Below, piece by piece: positions 30,720 through 32,000 of a DNA stretch of 32,000 nucleotides; position 1 is the first letter of the stretch; each line of letters starts with the position of its first letter. The translations under genes and the position numbers were made by a program. A model generated the notes under the pieces. The model was not told where the DNA came from. It saw only the letters and a list, made by a program, of their open reading frames with translations, and searched no databases. The DNA comes from Chloroflexota bacterium (GTDB lineage: Bacteria > Chloroflexota > Dehalococcoidia > Lucifugimonadales > Australimonadaceae), in contig JADFRC010000002.1 in the NCBI GenBank assembly GCA_022561455.1, positions 1 to 32,000 on the forward strand, written 5' to 3'.

Positions 30720-31985
30720 CTACGGCGAACCGGCGCGCCTCGGCGGAGGAGGCGTGCGGGCGAGCAGGAAGAAGAGCGAGCTCACGATCGTCACCACGCC
30801 GATCGTCCAGAACGCCGTCGTGTAGTTGCCGAAGCGGTCGTGCATCGTCCCCGCGTAGACCGACCCGACGATGCTGCCGGACATCGTGATGGCCGTGGAC
30901 CACCCGGCGATGATGCCCAGGTTCCGCGCGCCGAAGTAGTCCGCCCGGATCGCTATCATCAGCGGTCCGCGTGCCCCCCAGGCCAGCCCGTGCAGCACCG
31001 CCACCCCGGCCAGGGCGGCCGGCGTCGTCGAGAAGGCGAGCAGGATCATCGCGGCACCGTGCCCGAGCATCGCGAAGGTCGCGATCAGCCGCTTGGAGTA
31101 GCGGTCGCCCAGGAACCCGCCGCCCAGCTGGCCGATGATCTGCATGACCATGATGGCGGGGAACATGAGCCCCGCCACCACCGTCTCCCAGCCGTTGCGC
31201 TCCACCAGGTGCGGCACCAGGTGCGTCGGTATCGTGCCGACCCCCAGCAGCGCCATGCCGTGCCCGATCGAGATGAGCCAGAACGAGCGGTCGCGGATCG
31301 CCTCGCGCAGCGTGAAGTCGACGGTGCTCGCCGCCGACGGCCGGCGCTCCTCCCGCGGCGCGCGCTCGGCTTCGGGCCCGAGCGGCGGATCGCCGTCCGG
31401 GGCGAGGCCCATGTCCTGGGGCTGGCGCCGGAAGACCTGCGCGGCCGGCAGACCCACGGCAAGGATCAGCACGCCCGAGATCACCGCCGTGGGCCGCCAT
31501 CCCAGCGCCGCGATCGACCAGCCGACCAGCGGCACGAAGATGGCGCCCGCCGCGAACCCAGCGGACGTGAGCCCCATCGCCATCGCGCGCTTGCGGACGA
31601 ACCAGTGAGCGATCGCGACGTGGACGGTCAGGAAGCCCGCCAGGCTTGAGCCGACCGCCACGAGCGCCATGACGGCGAAGAGCTGCCAGAGGGTCTCGAT
31701 ACGGGAAAGCAGGATGAACCCGCCGCCGAAGAGCACCGTGCCGATGCGCATGACCGGCCGGGGCCCGAAGCGGTCGATCATCCACCCCTGGACCGGCCCG
31801 AGCAGGCCGGCCTCGAGCCGGACCAGGCCGAAGGCCCAGGAGATCGCGCCGCGGCTCCACCCGAACGTGGCGCCGTACTCCACGACGTAGAAACCCTGGG
31901 ACAGGAACAGCAGCGAAGAGTGAAGGATCTGGCTGCCGAACGCGGCAGCGACGATCCGCCAGCCATAGAAAAGCGGCCGTCGCAC
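30720..31985 (-). CDS. MFS transporter
   Basis: 421 aa, about 12 predicted hydrophobic spans. N-terminal RRPLFYGWRIVAAAFG..., GWMIDRFGPRP motif-A-like loop, central hydrophilic loop. The start at 31985 is inside the window but close to its edge. Confidence 0.8.
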   Translation of the reverse strand: MRRPLFYGWRIVAAAFGSQILHSSLLFLSQGFYVVEYGATFGWSRGAISWAFGLVRLEAGLLGPVQGWMIDRFGPRPVMRIGTVLFGGGFILLSRIETLWQLFAVMALVAVGSSLAGFLTVHVAIAHWFVRKRAMAMGLTSAGFAAGAIFVPLVGWSIAALGWRPTAVISGVLILAVGLPAAQVFRRQPQDMGLAPDGDPPLGPEAERAPREERRPSAASTVDFTLREAIRDRSFWLISIGHGMALLGVGTIPTHLVPHLVERNGWETVVAGLMFPAIMVMQIIGQLGGGFLGDRYSKRLIATFAMLGHGAAMILLAFSTTPAALAGVAVLHGLAWGARGPLMIAIRADYFGARNLGIIAGWSTAITMSGSIVGSVYAGTMHDRFGNYTTAFWTIGVVTIVSSLFFLLARTPPPPRRAGSP

Positions 31986-32000
31986 CGTGGTGGTCGCGCG

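Overview
Very GC-rich bacterial chromosomal window. The mix of F420/LLM-type enzymes and dense REP-like intergenic repeats suggests Chloroflexota/Thermomicrobia or Actinobacteria, but that is inference only. I support about 31 protein genes and one tRNA-Glu. Left third: tail of an EutA-like protein, two histidine phosphatases, an amidase preceded by a possible 44-aa ORF, a translationally coupled heterodimeric ABC exporter pair, a RimI-like GNAT, a PPOX-class protein, and an endonuclease III-like gene coupled to a SprT-like gene. Middle: LLM oxidoreductase, argC, tRNA-Glu, a class III nucleotide cyclase. From 14.6 to 25.9 kb, a same-strand oxidative/catabolic cluster: LLM, isochorismatase-like hydrolase, three paralogous Rieske oxygenases, SDR, MBL hydrolase, amidohydrolase-2, ABM, GlcG-like, Ldh2-family. 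Right end: cNMP-binding protein, LLM, ArfB, a GrdB/PrdB-like gene, a lower-GC HigBA module, an MFS transporter. Main second-look items: (1) two adjacent ORFs at 28783-29961 are one frame broken by a single TGA, followed 11 nt later by a SECIS-like hairpin, so this is a probable selenoprotein. (2) A roughly 125-nt three-hairpin repeat family sits at 8 intergenic loci, all on the + strand, with a compensatory stem change and variable loops. (3) An identical 23-nt mini-element is nested inside two different larger repeat families, in both orientations. (4) An 86-bp tandem array abuts the argC start, and 45 nt of it recur exactly in front of a Rieske gene. (5) A stop-codon-proximal hairpin module occurs at five gene or tRNA 3' ends. 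No CRISPR array, transposase, integrase or recognisable defence system is visible. The many long antisense ORFs in the track are GC-driven artefacts.
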